Shown here one piece after another: positions 39,950 through 53,558 of a stretch of 64,000 nt of DNA (position 1 is the stretch's first letter; every line of letters begins with the position of its first letter). Made by a program: the position numbers and the translations under genes. The DNA is from Camelus dromedarius. Its lineage: Eukaryota. Under the pieces are notes generated by a model, which did not search any database, had not been told where the DNA came from, and saw only the letters and a list, made by a program, of their open reading frames with translations. Location: the NCBI RefSeq assembly GCF_036321535.1, contig NC_087436.1, forward strand, positions 44,890,001 to 44,954,000, given 5' to 3'.

Positions 39950-42270
39950 CTTGGAGGCCACTGTTTTGGAGGAGCTCACAGTCTTAAGAGTCAGAGTGAC
40001 ATATGCAAAATTTAGATGGGCTAAGTAGCTCTAGAGAGGATCTGTAGGATGGAGTTAGGACTCTGCATGAGAACCTCTGGAATCTTACTTATGATTAATA
40101 TTCACAGTCACATTAATGATAGCAGCCACTGACTGAATGTCTACCAGATGTCCAATACTGGCCAGGTATTTTATCTCATTCACCTCTTCTATCATTTATC
40201 ACATGCAATCCTACCTAATAAGTTTGTGAAGCTCATATTATCATTGAATTCTGAAGGTTTATCAAGACTCCTTATGCACTGTGTCAAGGCAGATCAAGGT
40301 TTAAAAACCATATACAGATGACACCAAGGACCATGCTCTCATGGTTAAACATGATGCCTCCACATGCTTCACAGAAGAGAAAATGCTTAATCTGAGACTT
40401 AAAGGCTAAGAAAGGAAATTCAACATTTCCAAGCAGACTAAGCAGGGATGGAACAGGTGGAGGGAGAAGTTATTCCAGATGAAGGGAACAGTACATGCAA
40501 ACCAGGAGAAATGTGAAAATGCACAATGTATTTAGGGTTTGGCAAGAAGTTCAGAACAACTGCATCATGGACCCTCATGGAGGAGAAAGGCAGAGGAGGC
40601 AGGGGCCAGACTCCTAAGTCACTTGCATACCTTGCAAAGGCATCCTGGAGGCAGTGGAGAAATATAAAAAGATATTAGGTAAGAAGGGGAGCAGATTCAT
40701 CTTTTTTTTTTATGTACTTTCATGGTAGTGTAGAGGATGGATTAGAAGAGAACAACGATGAAGGATGGGAGATGATTTAGAAGGAAGGGCCAAAGACTTT
40801 AGAGAAAGCATCGTATTCGAAAGGTTTTCAGGAAGCAGACTCTTTTGACTTGATGTAAATTAACTGTGCAGAATGCAAAAGAAGGAAAGGCTGGGATTTA
40901 ATCCACCACCATATTCCTGACTTGATAAACTGAAGGGACAGTGATAAGAGATAGAGTGGAATAGGTCAAGGTGGATATGAGGCATTGATAAGAATGTGGA
41001 TTGCAGGGTTGGAGCCAGAAGAGAGAGAGATGAGGCATCAATTGTGTGGTCATTGCAACTACAGGAATGAAAGTTACCACTCAGTAGGAAAGCACATAAT
41101 AGGAGAAAGGGTCACAGAGACACCAATATTTAAGATGAGAGTTGAAAAATCAAAACTTGAAAAATGCACTGTGATAGAAAAGCAGAAAGGTGGAAAATCT
41201 GAAGAAAATAACATTGAAATCAAACATGGGTAGAGTGTAAAGAAGGAAAAATTCAATGACGTTAATATATTGAGAGACTAAGTATCATAACAATAGAAAA
41301 GTTTCATTGATTCTAAAATTATAATGTCATCCTTATTTTAAACAAAAGAAGATTTGGCAGAGTAATGGAAAGACTGCAGTCGGTAGAAATGAAGACATGG
41401 AGAAAGCAAGGGCAGACAGTACTTTGACAAATCTTGGCCAAAAAAAGACAAGAGTCTGGAGTGGCACCAGTAGCATTCCTAGCACAGGAGGAAAGAATCT
41501 AGATCCTTGAATTAATCCAGGATTTGTGGTCTTCAAGGTGTCTTCAATGAGAGAATAAGGCTGAAAGATGAGAGTAAAAGGTAATTATACTAATATTGTT
41601 CAAGTGTTGTTCTTAGAGTCTAAGGCAAGTAGGATAAAGAGTAAACCCAGAGAGGCACCAACAGACAAGAAGCGACGTGGAGAGTTAAAGGAAGACAGTA
41701 GTTATTTCAAGAAATCGGGGAACAAGCAAAGTGGAAGGAAGATTCTGGGAGAGGTAGATGGACATGTTTTATTCTAAAAACGTAAGGAAGTAGAGATGAT
41801 TTGACAATGGGAGGATATTCAAGAACTTACAAAATCTAAGATGGAGCAGCGGGGTTGGATTGCTTTTGTGAAGCCAAGATGGAGTTACTGAAGTCCATGA
41901 GACGGAAGAACTCTGAGGGGGGGTCTCTCATGGGCTTTTTAACATCAACGCTGTTATTCTTCAAGACCATGGTAGGAGCTGAGATCCAGAGGAAGACTGA
42001 ATCACTTGCTAAAGTTTCTGTTTGTGGGAACGAGAGCTGCGGAAAACCCAACAATGGGACGTGGAGGGATTATTAACGCATGAGGGTCCTCATTTATTAA
42101 CGTGAGTGTGGAAGCAGAATTGCCTACAAGGAAGCAGCACGGAGAGGCTAGAATAATGCTGACTTCCTGCAGGCCTGTGTGAAATGGGCCGAGGAAATGT
42201 AAGCAGCCTCTACTTTTACCGTTATAAACAGAGAGATATTCTGGAGTTTGGGATGACAGGAAGCTGGTGT
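39950..42270 (-). mobile_element. Long L2 fragment with an inserted MIR (~40110-40350)
   Basis: ggagctcacagtct, ttccagatgaagggaacagtacatgcaa, acaccaatatttaagatg; MIR part atgatagcagccactgactgaatgtctacca...caatccta. Confidence 0.7.
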
Positions 42271-42277
42271 TCTCTGA

Positions 42278-42690
42278 TGTGCTTGTTATTAAGTTATTGA
42301 CTCTCAACTCTACAACTACACTTCCATGCTCTGTTTTGTGATTCTAGGGCTGGGACTCTGCAATCCATTGAAGCCTTGCTGGCTGTTCCCCTTTAAGGTC
42401 CAACATCGGAGGACACCAGAGGGAGATGAGGAGGCGGGAGGAGGGAGAGGGGACTTGGTCCTTCCTGTTTCTCTCTCACAACCTTAGCAATCCTTCAACC
42501 TGGCAGTGGATATTTACTCCAGCAGCAGCAGGTGACTCCAATTTGTAGTCTCCCCATATTCCCAGGCCAGCTTCAACTTTCTGCTTAAAGACACCCCCTC
42601 CAGCCAGCCAGAGTCCCCTCAAGAAGTCTGATTTCACCTCTGCATGGCTCCTCCTCCAAGATTCTAAATTTTATGAATCCCAAACTCAAT
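42278..42690. mobile_element. LTR33-like (ERVL) LTR fragment
   Basis: tgtgcttgttattaagttattgactctcaactc...ctctgttttgtgattctagggctgggactctgcaa...agagggagatgaggagg matches the LTR33 pattern. Confidence 0.7.
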
Positions 42691-42789
42691 ATAATTCACT
42701 TGATTGCAAGTTCATATAATTTAACTTGGGGTAATTATTTTTAATAAACATGAACAATATCTAACAGTTGCCCCAACAATTTCTTGAAA

Positions 42790-44295
42790 TTTGTATTTCG
42801 ATCAAACAGAAAAGTGCATAGACTATGACAATTGTAAAGAACTTTTAACATGTTGTTGTATTTGTAATTTCTAAGAGAACATACTACAGATAGAGTTCAA
42901 ACCCCTTTGACCCTACCCCAGATCACATTTCCCTCTTTTCTTCCCTCTACAGAGTTAATATTCTGAAGTTGGATGTATATGTTTCACATCTGTGTTTTTC
43001 ACTATGTATATATTTTATCTGCAAATGGTATATAATGGTTTTGTTTTATCAAGCATTATAAAACGATGTACTCTCTATGTTTCTGCAGCCTACGTTTTCA
43101 CTTATCATTAGGCTTCCTAGTTTTCTCCTTGTTGATACATGTACCTTTACATCATTTATCTCAACTGTTTTGTACTATTCCGTTGCATGATTATATCACA
43201 TTTTATTTAGCCCATGGTCACTAATAGAAATTTATTATGTTCCATTTTTCCTACTGCAAAGAGTGCTGGAATAAACATCTTTGTATATAGCCTTCTATGC
43301 AAGTAGCAAAGTATAGGATTTCTTTGGTTTTCTAATTATCATCTCCATTTTCCAAACTTTTTGAAAGTATGAGGACTCTCCCATTTACTAAAATGCTAAA
43401 TATTCTGTAAAGTTATTATTCCAAGTTACATTCACACAAGCAGCTCATAAAAGCTCCCACTTCTTCATGTCCTCATCAACACTTGGTATTTTCCAGACTT
43501 TCAATTTCTGCCAACCCAGTATGTGCTAATAATAGCTTATCGTTGTTGCAATGTACATTTCATGCCTCTTAGCATCTTTCCATTGTTTTTTCTGCTTTAT
43601 TGGTTTGCCTATTCTGAGAAGTCCTTGTTCTTATCTTTTGCCCATTTTTCTATTGTGCTGCAGGTCTCTTACTTCTTAATTTGTAGAAATTCTTTATATA
43701 CGCTGTATGTTAACACATTACTATCTGTATACATTGCAGATATCTTCTCCCAGTTTTACTCTATCTCCTCCTATGTTTTATATAATTCTTTGCTATGCAG
43801 AATTTTTTTCTTATCTTAATATAATCAACCTTTTTCTTTACAGTGTATGTGTTTTTTGGTCATCTTCTGCCCTGATATTATATTTTCTCCCAACAGATTC
43901 AAACCATTGCTTTTCACATTAAGATATTTAATTCATCTCATATTTTATGTTACATTTTTTAATGTGGCTAAACTACTTGTCCTAGTGTCATTTTTTGAGT
44001 AATATATCATTTTGAATAATTTATCAATATGTCATGAAACAGCCCCTATTCTATACCAAGTCTTCATTTATGAAGGCATTTCTGTCTAAGCTCTGCATTC
44101 TGGTCTGTTTGTTTACCACTATTTCATAGTACTTTATCTTGATTACTATAGCTTAATGGCATCAACACTTTCTTTTTCTTAATTTTCAGAAAGTGTCTTG
44201 ATTATTCTTTGTCCTTTTCTTTTCCGTTTGAATTTTAGGATCAGCTTGTAAGCTTCCCAGAAAAGCCAGTTAGAATTTGGAATGAAATTAAATCT
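42790..44295 (-). mobile_element. L1ME-like LINE-1 fragment (ORF2 end plus 3'UTR)
   Basis: T-rich; tcctcatcaacacttggtatt, tcttttgcccatttttctattg, ttgattactatagctt, tgaattttaggatcagcttgt. Confidence 0.8.
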
Positions 44296-47200
44296 TCAAA
44301 GTTCCTTAACAGATATTTTCTCATCTTTTTCTCCCCACAAACCCCAAAAGTAATTGGGTAACTATTTCATATGAGAAATTTAAAATATATACATTTTAGA
44401 AATGTTTATTTAGTAAATTGCCCAATATCACTGGGGAGGGCTGACATAAGAATAGATTTCTAAATGATACAGTATATGTGTTTGGTTTGTTCATTTACTA
44501 ATTTTTTAAGATTGTGAGCATCCATTTTTCCATCCGTAAGACTTCACAGCCCTTGAGTTAATGATCTGCACACAAGAACTGCTCAGTGCTTTGGTGATTT
44601 TGATCATAAAGAGAAGGAGAAAAACAAGAAGGAAATGGTGAATAGAGAAAAAAGAAAAGTCTCCAAACACTTTCTTTACCAGAACTTGCAGTCTTTTCTC
44701 CAGTCATGATCTTTCTTCCCTCCAACTCATCAGTCTTTTATTTACATAAAATCGAGCTTTATTACACAGGTCTGAGCGGTGATGAAACTGGCTTCTCTGC
44801 TCTTGCCCTGTGTTTTTCGTTAACTTGTATGAAGTTCTGTGATAACAACATAAAATTCTTTAAATTGACTCTGCCTCTGTTTTTGGAAGATATGCATAGA
44901 AGTATCTAAAGAATTTCCGTTTCAGAAACAGTTCAATAGAATGAGTCCCCAAAAAATGAATATCTGATTATGAACAGTACAAAATGACCAAGAAAGGAAA
45001 GATTCTCAAAAGGCACACTATTTGAAGTATTTTGGTTAGCTGAAATATCTCCTAACCACAATCCAAATTTTTCATTGAATCTATAACAAAGATTTCTTAG
45101 AAACTAAGCTTAGACTTTTCTTTGCTGTAATTTTAATTGTTCTATCTTTATCCAAAATCCATCCCTAACAAAAAAATTATTTTAACTTTGAAATAAATAC
45201 ATATTCAAATAAGGTCCCTAAGCAAACTATCAGCTGCAAAATGTAAAGTTTTTTTTTACATTTCACTGTCTTAACGCACACAAAAATTTTAATAGTATAT
45301 AATACAAAAACTTGTAATATTAACAGGGTTAATTAGATTTTCTAAAATTATATTTGTTTATTTTCATCCGTGAATCTGTACTGCTCTTTAAAGTCGTATG
45401 ATCTTTTGTTGACACAGAAAACAAATCTTGCAAAGATATTGTTATTACTGATAGCTAAAATAGTTTGTAATTTGAAAGGTGGGTAGGAATTACTATGGTG
45501 TAAATGGATGCCAACCAGAAAGAAAAATGACTAAAGCATTATCTGTCCCCTCCCCAAGCCCTCCCCCAAACAAACCCTGGATACAGTGTAAGGGAACACT
45601 TCCAAGAGGCAATGTTCATTCTACTAAATAGCTCCCACAGTATGTAGCTACTGGTACCTCAGGACAGATTGAAGAAAGAGAAAGGGAAACAGGAAAAGGG
45701 GCAGACAGCTGGATTAGACTGTACTGTGTATATTAGTGATGGGTAGACTTCAAAAGACTTAGAGGTTCATTTTGGACAGGTGCCCAGAGATTCGCAGGCT
45801 TACCCAAAAACCTTCCATAACTTCTGATTTTAAAATTGAGCTAGAATTCCTTTGAGACCAGACTTTTGGTCTTCAGTCATATTCCGTACTCAAAGTCCTT
45901 ACAATAAATTTATGCTAAAAAATTGTAAACTTTCAGAATCCTGAAAAAAATGAGGTACTTATTTTAAATGGATAACAAAAATAATATGTTTAAGAATTTT
46001 GAAGAAAAACTGTAAACAATATGTTTTTTCCTAGGAGAGACAGGAATTTCTTAGGAACATTTGTCTGTTATTTGAATCCAGTTTTAAACAATATTAACAG
46101 TCAAGCTTTTGAACATGTTTCTGGAGACAGGTGAACACATGCGGGTTCTAATTCCTCTGCAAAGGTTAGTAAGAGGCCCCTAACTAGTGTGAATCTTCAT
46201 CCAGAACTCCTGATGAGTGGTAGGCTGAGAGACAGGCAGGAGGTCTGGAGGAGTTGACAAGGAATTTGTTTGTCACTCTAATTGCAGGAACTCCTTTTAA
46301 CTGAGCAGTGAGAGTTACCCTTCCAAGAACATGATCATTCTTTGGTCTAATTATCACACGTCTAATTAAATGTCTCTCAAATGGCTCATGTAAGGTTTAT
46401 TGTTATTAACAAAACCTACTCTGTAAAAAGTTACTTTTACCAGAGATCAAAAATTATTTTTTGGTACAAAGAGGAAAATCCTAGTATTTGGTACAAAAAA
46501 AGGAAATTCTCATATTGAACCACAATAAACTACTTCGTGTCTATTACTATGATTCTGTATCTGGCATGGTGTTACTCGTCTCTAGAAAAGATGACCTTGA
46601 ATATGGACTGAATATGCAATAATGAAATAGACACAAACAGGTTTCAATATATTTTTTAACGTTTTAAAAATGTTTTTAATGTGGTCACCTCAAGAGTCTC
46701 TTTTTAACAGAACTTACACGGCTATCATGGGGAAGGTCTGTTTTCATGAGCTGATTTACGAATGTGTAGCTTCTTATAACCTACATCCCACAACAGGTGC
46801 TCCAACGTCCAATCTCTATGATACTGCATTCGGCTCTCCAATAGGTATGAATAAAGATGATTCTCCAACAGAATTAAGCACATTAGCAAGGAAAGCTGCA
46901 CCTTGGACAATTTTCTTTCCAAAGGCTTTTAAGCAGTTACAGCTAGAGAACAACTAGGTATATTTAAGTGGTCCAAAGTTTCTCAATTTTTGAAAAGCTA
47001 TTATCACAAAAATACTGAATGTCAGTGCAGATTTCACTTGAAAATACACAGGTCCTGCCAAAATAGCAGGAGCTTATTTAGATCTGCATGCTCTGCTCTA
47101 ATAAAAGTGCAAAAATTAGGAACAGTTGTCTCATGTCAATCGCATGCTGAAAATGGACCCTCAGCAGATATGAAAACTAGAATAAGACCTACGTCTCCTT

Positions 47201-48529
47201 ACAGTTCTGGGAGTTTTCTAAAGCAGACCTCATTTGATATTTCAAGCCGTTTCTAACTAAGACAGCACTTGTAATTTGAACTATTTGTATCATTTTCCCA
47301 TGCTTTTTAAAGCTTCTCCAATCACTCTCCTCTTATTACTTATTTGATTTTTGAATTTTCTTAATAATACAATAAATATTCTAAGAAGAAAACCAAAATC
47401 AATGGTATTTACTAATTCTACTAATTATGAGTGATGTAGACCAAACAGGAACAGGAATAACAGGCAGGAATTACTTTCATTGTTCATTCAATTCAACATA
47501 CAATTTAAATATTTTTCTTCCCTAAAAATTATCCCAGCCCATTCATATACAGTAATGAAATGAGTAAATTTTAGCTTCATGCTCTAGCTCTGGAGACCAT
47601 GACGAATTGAGAGCTAAAGTGAAAGAAAAAAAAAGACACAAAAGTTCTAAATTCTATTGATGTGGTGCATCCAAGATATCCATTCATCTGGTGGTTAATC
47701 CGTTTCAGGAACATCTAGTATGCTCAGTGATTATCTTAGGAAACTATCATGAGAAAATATAAATTAGACTATTGAAATATATTAAAATAATAAAAGAAAG
47801 TAAAATAGTCATCCTTTGAAATATTAGACTAGATTTTTATTACACCATTCATACACTTTGAAACAAGCAGTGTTTTTGGTAATATGTCAGTAATTCTCAC
47901 AACTTTTTAAAAAGTTTTGAACCATTTTAACACACGTCCACTCAAATAAATTAAAGCTTCTCTTCCCACTGGCTCATTCAGCATCAAGAAGCTCCAGACT
48001 GTCTCCAACGGAGAGATGGAAAGGAGTTTGAAAAGGCATTTGAAACATTTCAGAGAAGTGAAAGATTAGAACCTCATACTTTTACCCCCAAAGCCCTCAA
48101 AACAAGGAATAAAATAGTATATATTGGCTTTGAGTTGTAGGATGCATTAAAAAAAATTCAATTACATTTATCTTTGAAAATTTTCCCTAAAAGAGACCAC
48201 CATGCTGAAATAATCAGTTGAAAAGCATCAGAAGCTACATCCCTAAAAATCAGTACTTAATTTATTGGACAACTTTCAAGAATTACACGCACAATATACT
48301 TACTAAATAACATAACCATATAAACTGCTTTGGAAATTGTGTATTAACAAGTTCATAATTTCTTCCCTCTATATATTTAAATTCAGATTCCAATAAGTAA
48401 ACTGGTCCATGCATTTATTATTCAAAAGAAATTTCTTAAAAAATTCAAATCTTAACTTATTAAAAAATATATAATAAAAGACTTTTTTGTACTTTAGTAT
48501 GCAAGAATTAGATTGCTTGACCTCTCTTT

Positions 48530-48945
48530 TAATGACTTAATTAGCTGTACTAAAGCCCAGCTGGGCCTCTGCTGACAACATAGCTAGATATTTCAATCAA
48601 GCAGCGTTATGGAGAATAAGTAATAAATGCTACCTTGTCGCCATGCAGTCCCAAACCATAGTGCACGCTGGTAATGCTAAATTTGATCAGTATGCCTCAT
48701 ATTTCAATTAGTCGTGGTCTGAATCACTAAAACTGTGTAATGTGTATGAATTCCTGATATCAGATACAGAGCCACAGGCTCCCACAGTTAGAAGCCATTG
48801 AGTTTGCTTTTATTAGCAGCCAATTAATGGCAAAAATCTGCATCGCTTTTAAAATTTATAACCTCTATTCCAGCTGCATCCACGGCTCCTGCTATACTGT
48901 ATACAATCAGATCCATATCACTGTCGCAAGTCAAACAGCTGCAAA
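48530..48945. promoter_or_regulatory. Candidate developmental enhancer (homeodomain plus E-box cluster)
   Basis: CAGCTG at 48558, 48871 and 48936; TTAATTAG at 48537, CAATTAG at ~48705, GCCAATTAATGGC at 48819-48831; repeat-free context. Confidence 0.4.
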
Positions 48946-49316
48946 CTGTAGTCTGTCTGCAGAAGTAAAAAATCCTTTCATACAGAAGCTTTTTTTAACC
49001 TCTTAGAAGTTCTTTTCAAAGCCCAGCAGCACCAGTCACTTTGCGACAATGAGCGATTTAATACAGAGGGAAAGAAATCTACACCAAGGTAACCTCCTGG
49101 GATGTGCTAGGTTTTCAAACGGAGTGAAACCCTACCACTCCGACATCGCACAAGGGCAAGCAAAGCCACTTCTCCTGACCAAGGCTAAGAAAATATAAAC
49201 ATATAAAACCTGACCCGCATACCAAGTTAACCCACTGAAGTCTGTACAGCGATTAAAACAAAGCGGTATTCCACAAATTTAATATTAAGTAACGAGCATC
49301 AAATTTTGGTACTCAC

Positions 49317-49434
49317 ATTTAAACCTTAGATGCTGCCTTAAGAAAACATCTGTGGAGATCAGATGCCCCATCAAGAAGACGTTTGTTGTGTACCTCCAAA
49401 TTTCTAGGCATTGTTTTTAGGAACCAGACTCTCT
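49317..49434 (-). other. Candidate 118-nt non-coding exon containing a 30-codon ORF
   Basis: tttcctgtcttatcgtatgtcag|AGAGAG...TTAAAT|gtgagt; stops in all three frames. Confidence 0.45.
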
Positions 49435-52400
49435 CTGACATACGATAAGACAGGAAATTTAGAAGTGATCAGATTTAGTAACAAAGCATGATTGCTTTAT
49501 GTATCGCTAATGCTGTACTTTCAAGATTATTAAAGGAATAGTTCAGCTTTATGGTATTACATATTTTAACTCACTTTGTACATACCATTCCTTGAGCTCT
49601 GAAATACTTGGATATCTGACCATTAAAATGTCATTTGGGAGAAATAAAACAGAATGCCTTCCTTTGGTCTTTTATAAAATACTATTAAATTTTCCACATA
49701 CATTATATATGTATTATATTTATACTTTATGTATTATGTATGCTTATACTTGTACATAATTATATATTCCTATATTTATATGACATGAGGTCATGTAGAT
49801 AAAACAATTCACCTGGAAAATGGAGAGCGTGAACTCACCAACTCTAATACATGGCTATAAAAATGTTGTGCTAGGATAATACAGACTGCCGTCATGGCTA
49901 GTTAAAGACAATAAAATCCTATTTTACAAAATTCAACTGCTAATAACCGGCATTCTTTCTAACTGCTTAAATACTGCAATAAGACTTATAAGGCCACTGT
50001 GAAATCACAAGCTAGTACTTCAAAGGTGTTGTATCTGTTACAAATTTAATCTGCACTGCTTTGTCACAACTGATTTCATCCCAGCGGCTTGGAGACGCAG
50101 CATAGCAACATTCCTGTTGTCCTCGACAACCTGAACCAAACTGGTAAATACCTGTCTGATGCCCAAGAATGAGTATAATAATATTGCCCATGGAATCTCC
50201 AACCACCACCCTGAAAATGAGCCATTAGTCCGTTCCAATGAGTAGAAGAGGAAAAGTATGTTTTCCAATGTTAACAAATTGTAGACATTTCAATGATACA
50301 GACAGAAATTCTGTCATGTGTTTCATTAATGACACAGTGTTAGGTTCATTCTACTTAAAATATTCTTCTTCCTCTAGTACTTTACAAGGGTACATCTTAC
50401 AATTATGTAATGTAAGGGAATATAGATTTGACTGTCAAGTGCTTTTCGTCCTACACAAGAAAATATATTAAGTATCACGGATCTTGGAAAACTAGTATGT
50501 AGTGGTTTCTGTCTAAATTCTGAATGCTTTTGTCTTTGAGATGACAGATTCAACGCTTTTGCTTCCTCTCGGGTGCACAGTGACACACAGGGTGCGGTAG
50601 GAGCACAGGGCACCCATGTGAACAGCTACTAACTTGTGTTTGTGAAGTTGCCCGGGAAAGGAGGTAATGGAGCAGGGCATTGAGATCTCCTTACATACTG
50701 GACTTTAATTATAAAGTGTAAGGTTAAATTTGACTCCTCAGAGTGATGATAAAAATTTATAACTCTCAGGGACAGTTTTAGGTCTGTCAGTTGGCATATG
50801 GATTTAGCATTCGTGTCCAGCGTGTAAAAGTGTGTAAATATACAACTACCCGTTCCCCATAAGAACTCAGTGTCATTATTGGGCAAGACAGCACTTTGAA
50901 TTCAAAATCTTTTAAAATTGCTAACTCATTGCTCTCCTGATGGAAGCATCTTAACTGCTTCATTTATCTGTGCTGTTTAAATAACACTAGAAAGTATTTC
51001 TCAATGAATATTTAATTACTGAGTACTATGGTTTAAATCTACCAACCAAGAAAAACAAAAGCGTAGGGAATTATATTATACAATTCAAGAAACTACTGAT
51101 TTGTCTAAAGTTCTAACTAAAGATCACTATTCTCTGTGGAATCCCCATCATCATTACAACCCTATGTATGTTAAACGTGGTACAAATATGATCTGAATGT
51201 CTTCAGTGAATTTAACAGCTTAAGTAATGGCACAAGGTAATTTCAAAAACAAAAAAGAATGAGAACTCAACTTTGTTTATAAGAATGCCTTGCAGAAAAT
51301 AAAATATGAATAAATCATAGTTAATACAAAATACAAAAACCCAGTGTGCTGGGAAATTAAGCAAAAACAGAATATAATGATTATAAATATTCTATCCTTA
51401 TTAGGAAAAAATTACATTATGTTGAGCAGATTTTTTATTCCTATCGATAATGCCACTTAAAATGATTTAATCCCAAACTACAATTGATGGAAGTTTAAAC
51501 GTGTCCTTTAACTAGCATGGTAGGGACACCATTAAACATATATTAAGTTGCCCATATGCAATTCACACTTGTGACTTTTCTCTGCCATTCATGAATTATG
51601 CAGTTATCCCTAACTCATGGAAATGAACGTGCATTAACTGCCCACTGTCATGTATTGTCTCTTTCTATGTCCTTGTGCACGCATTTCCACAGTTCATTAT
51701 TCATGGGTGCATCTATACAAGTGTAAATGCGCACATATAAGATGGAAATAGTCCCGCATGGATACACAGCAACTAGACACTTGTTTGGGAAGATATATAT
51801 GCACCTCAATTGCCAAAACCCAAAATCTGACAAGGAACACCTCTACCCTTGTTATGGATGCCACACGGTAAACAACACGGATGTAATCATTGTAAAGCTA
51901 ATGAGGGATTTCTTCCACAGGAAAGACTGAAGATGCTGGTCTCTAAGTCTGAAACAGAGCCCTTTCATCTTTAACCACTCCTTTTCTAGCTCTTTCTTCT
52001 ATTAAATTTTTTTTTCTTCGTTGATTCAAATCTCACTGGAACAGTATTTCTAAAAATACTGTACTTCGTGTTTCTCATTCTGACCTTTCTTCCATTCATG
52101 TTAAGATATAATGACAGCATTTCACTACTAGAGAAGATGATTATTGGAATAAATAACTGGGAGGAAATAAACATATGGTGTTTTCTCTGTTGAACATTAT
52201 GGTCATGTGGGTTATTCCAAATTCTGAATTGAGCATCCTAACAATTTGCCCCTGTTGGGATTCAGTCTTCATGAAGTTTCTCTGATTTTAGTTGAGTTAG
52301 CACCAGTGAGCCCTCATGTGCAATGTCTGTGGGATAGGGCATCATGAAGTTTCCTTCTAATTTACAGCATGTCTAACATAAGCAGAATTATCCCTACTGA

Positions 52401-53405
52401 AGTAATTTTTTCTAATGAAAAGAATAAATTTGATCAGATACTCAGAATTTTAATTTGTGTGATAAAGCTTCTGTAAAATGTTGCTTCAAGCAATAAAAGC
52501 AAGATTTAACACTTAAGAAACCAATGTAAAATATTTTTCCCACAGGAGAGATTTTAAATTTATCACAGATTGTCAAATGTCCAAAATTTCTTTAAAAGGT
52601 TATTGCAGCATGACATCTCATTCAGTGTAAATTATTCCCCTGTAAAATTAATTGGAGCATTTTTGGTAGAAAAATAATTATTCTATAATTATCTATGTAC
52701 ACTCTTTGTTAAATAATTAAAATTGAAATATGGGTTCATAAATGGATTTTATTGGCATCTTTATTGTATACTAAAGATGAATTACTTGATGTCACAAGAA
52801 CTATTCTATTTTTTTGAAAAATACAACTTTTATTCACAAATCTACATGCTTCTCTTTTTGATTATGTGATTCTTTTTCAAAGCAAATTTAAAACCAACCA
52901 CCTTTGTTATGCCTTCATATTTAGAAGAATCTTATACAATTTTCACTAAAAATGTTTTGTCAGTTAAATTATATTTTAAATTCTGCTGTATTTCTCAATT
53001 TACAAATAAATGTCATAATTCAAAAATTTTATAGATATTGATAATATATAAAGATTCTACTAATTTTAATTAGATACAATGTGACTGAAAAGCTAAAAAG
53101 AAAAATGCCAGTAAGGACAAGATCAATTTCAAAATCAGAAAAACAATAAAAATAAACAGGAGAAAATATTCCACATTTCAAGTTGTCTTATTTTGGAAAT
53201 AATTTTCCCCCTAGGAGAAACTTTTCAAAAGGTCTAATTACTGCTAAAGTATAACAGAAATAAAATGTGCTAATCTCTAAGACTCTGTATTTCTTATGCA
53301 TAAAAGTTGCAATTCACAGAAATACTTTAATCAAGGCAATAAATATACCCAAGAATAATTTAGGATAAATGCAAGTTTTCATTACTATTCAGTATACTCA
53401 CTTAC

Positions 53406-53436
53406 ATCATAAATAAGGTGTGACCAGCAGAAGGCA
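53406..53436 (-). other. Candidate 31-nt exon (35 nt with the alternative donor)
   Basis: tatttattgtaacag|TGCCTTCTGCTGGTCACACCTTATTTATGAT|gtaagtgagt. Confidence 0.45.
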
Positions 53437-53506
53437 CTGTTACAATAAATATATACATATAGCTGCTCATTTACAAACTGGTTGGAAATTCTGATGTGAG
53501 TCTTAC

Positions 53507-53558
53507 CAACTTTCAGAGCGCAAATCTTTTTATGTAGACATCAAGTTTTAAATTTGTC
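53507..53558 (-). other. Candidate 52-nt non-coding exon
   Basis: ttttttcctcacatttatag|GACAAA...AAGTTG|gtaaga; stops in all frames. Confidence 0.45.

Noticed and set aside
9815..42270. Oppositely oriented L2 copies as an RNA-pairing or circularisation system around the 20-30 kb zone
   Set aside because: The copies are very old and diverged, and no long complementary stretch is visible
50012..50277. Two overlapping minus-strand ORFs (65 and 79 aa)
   Set aside because: Neither resembles a known protein; more likely non-coding unique sequence
51431..51444. TTTTTATTCCTAT, part of miR-135a
   Set aside because: The seed is absent and there is no precursor hairpin
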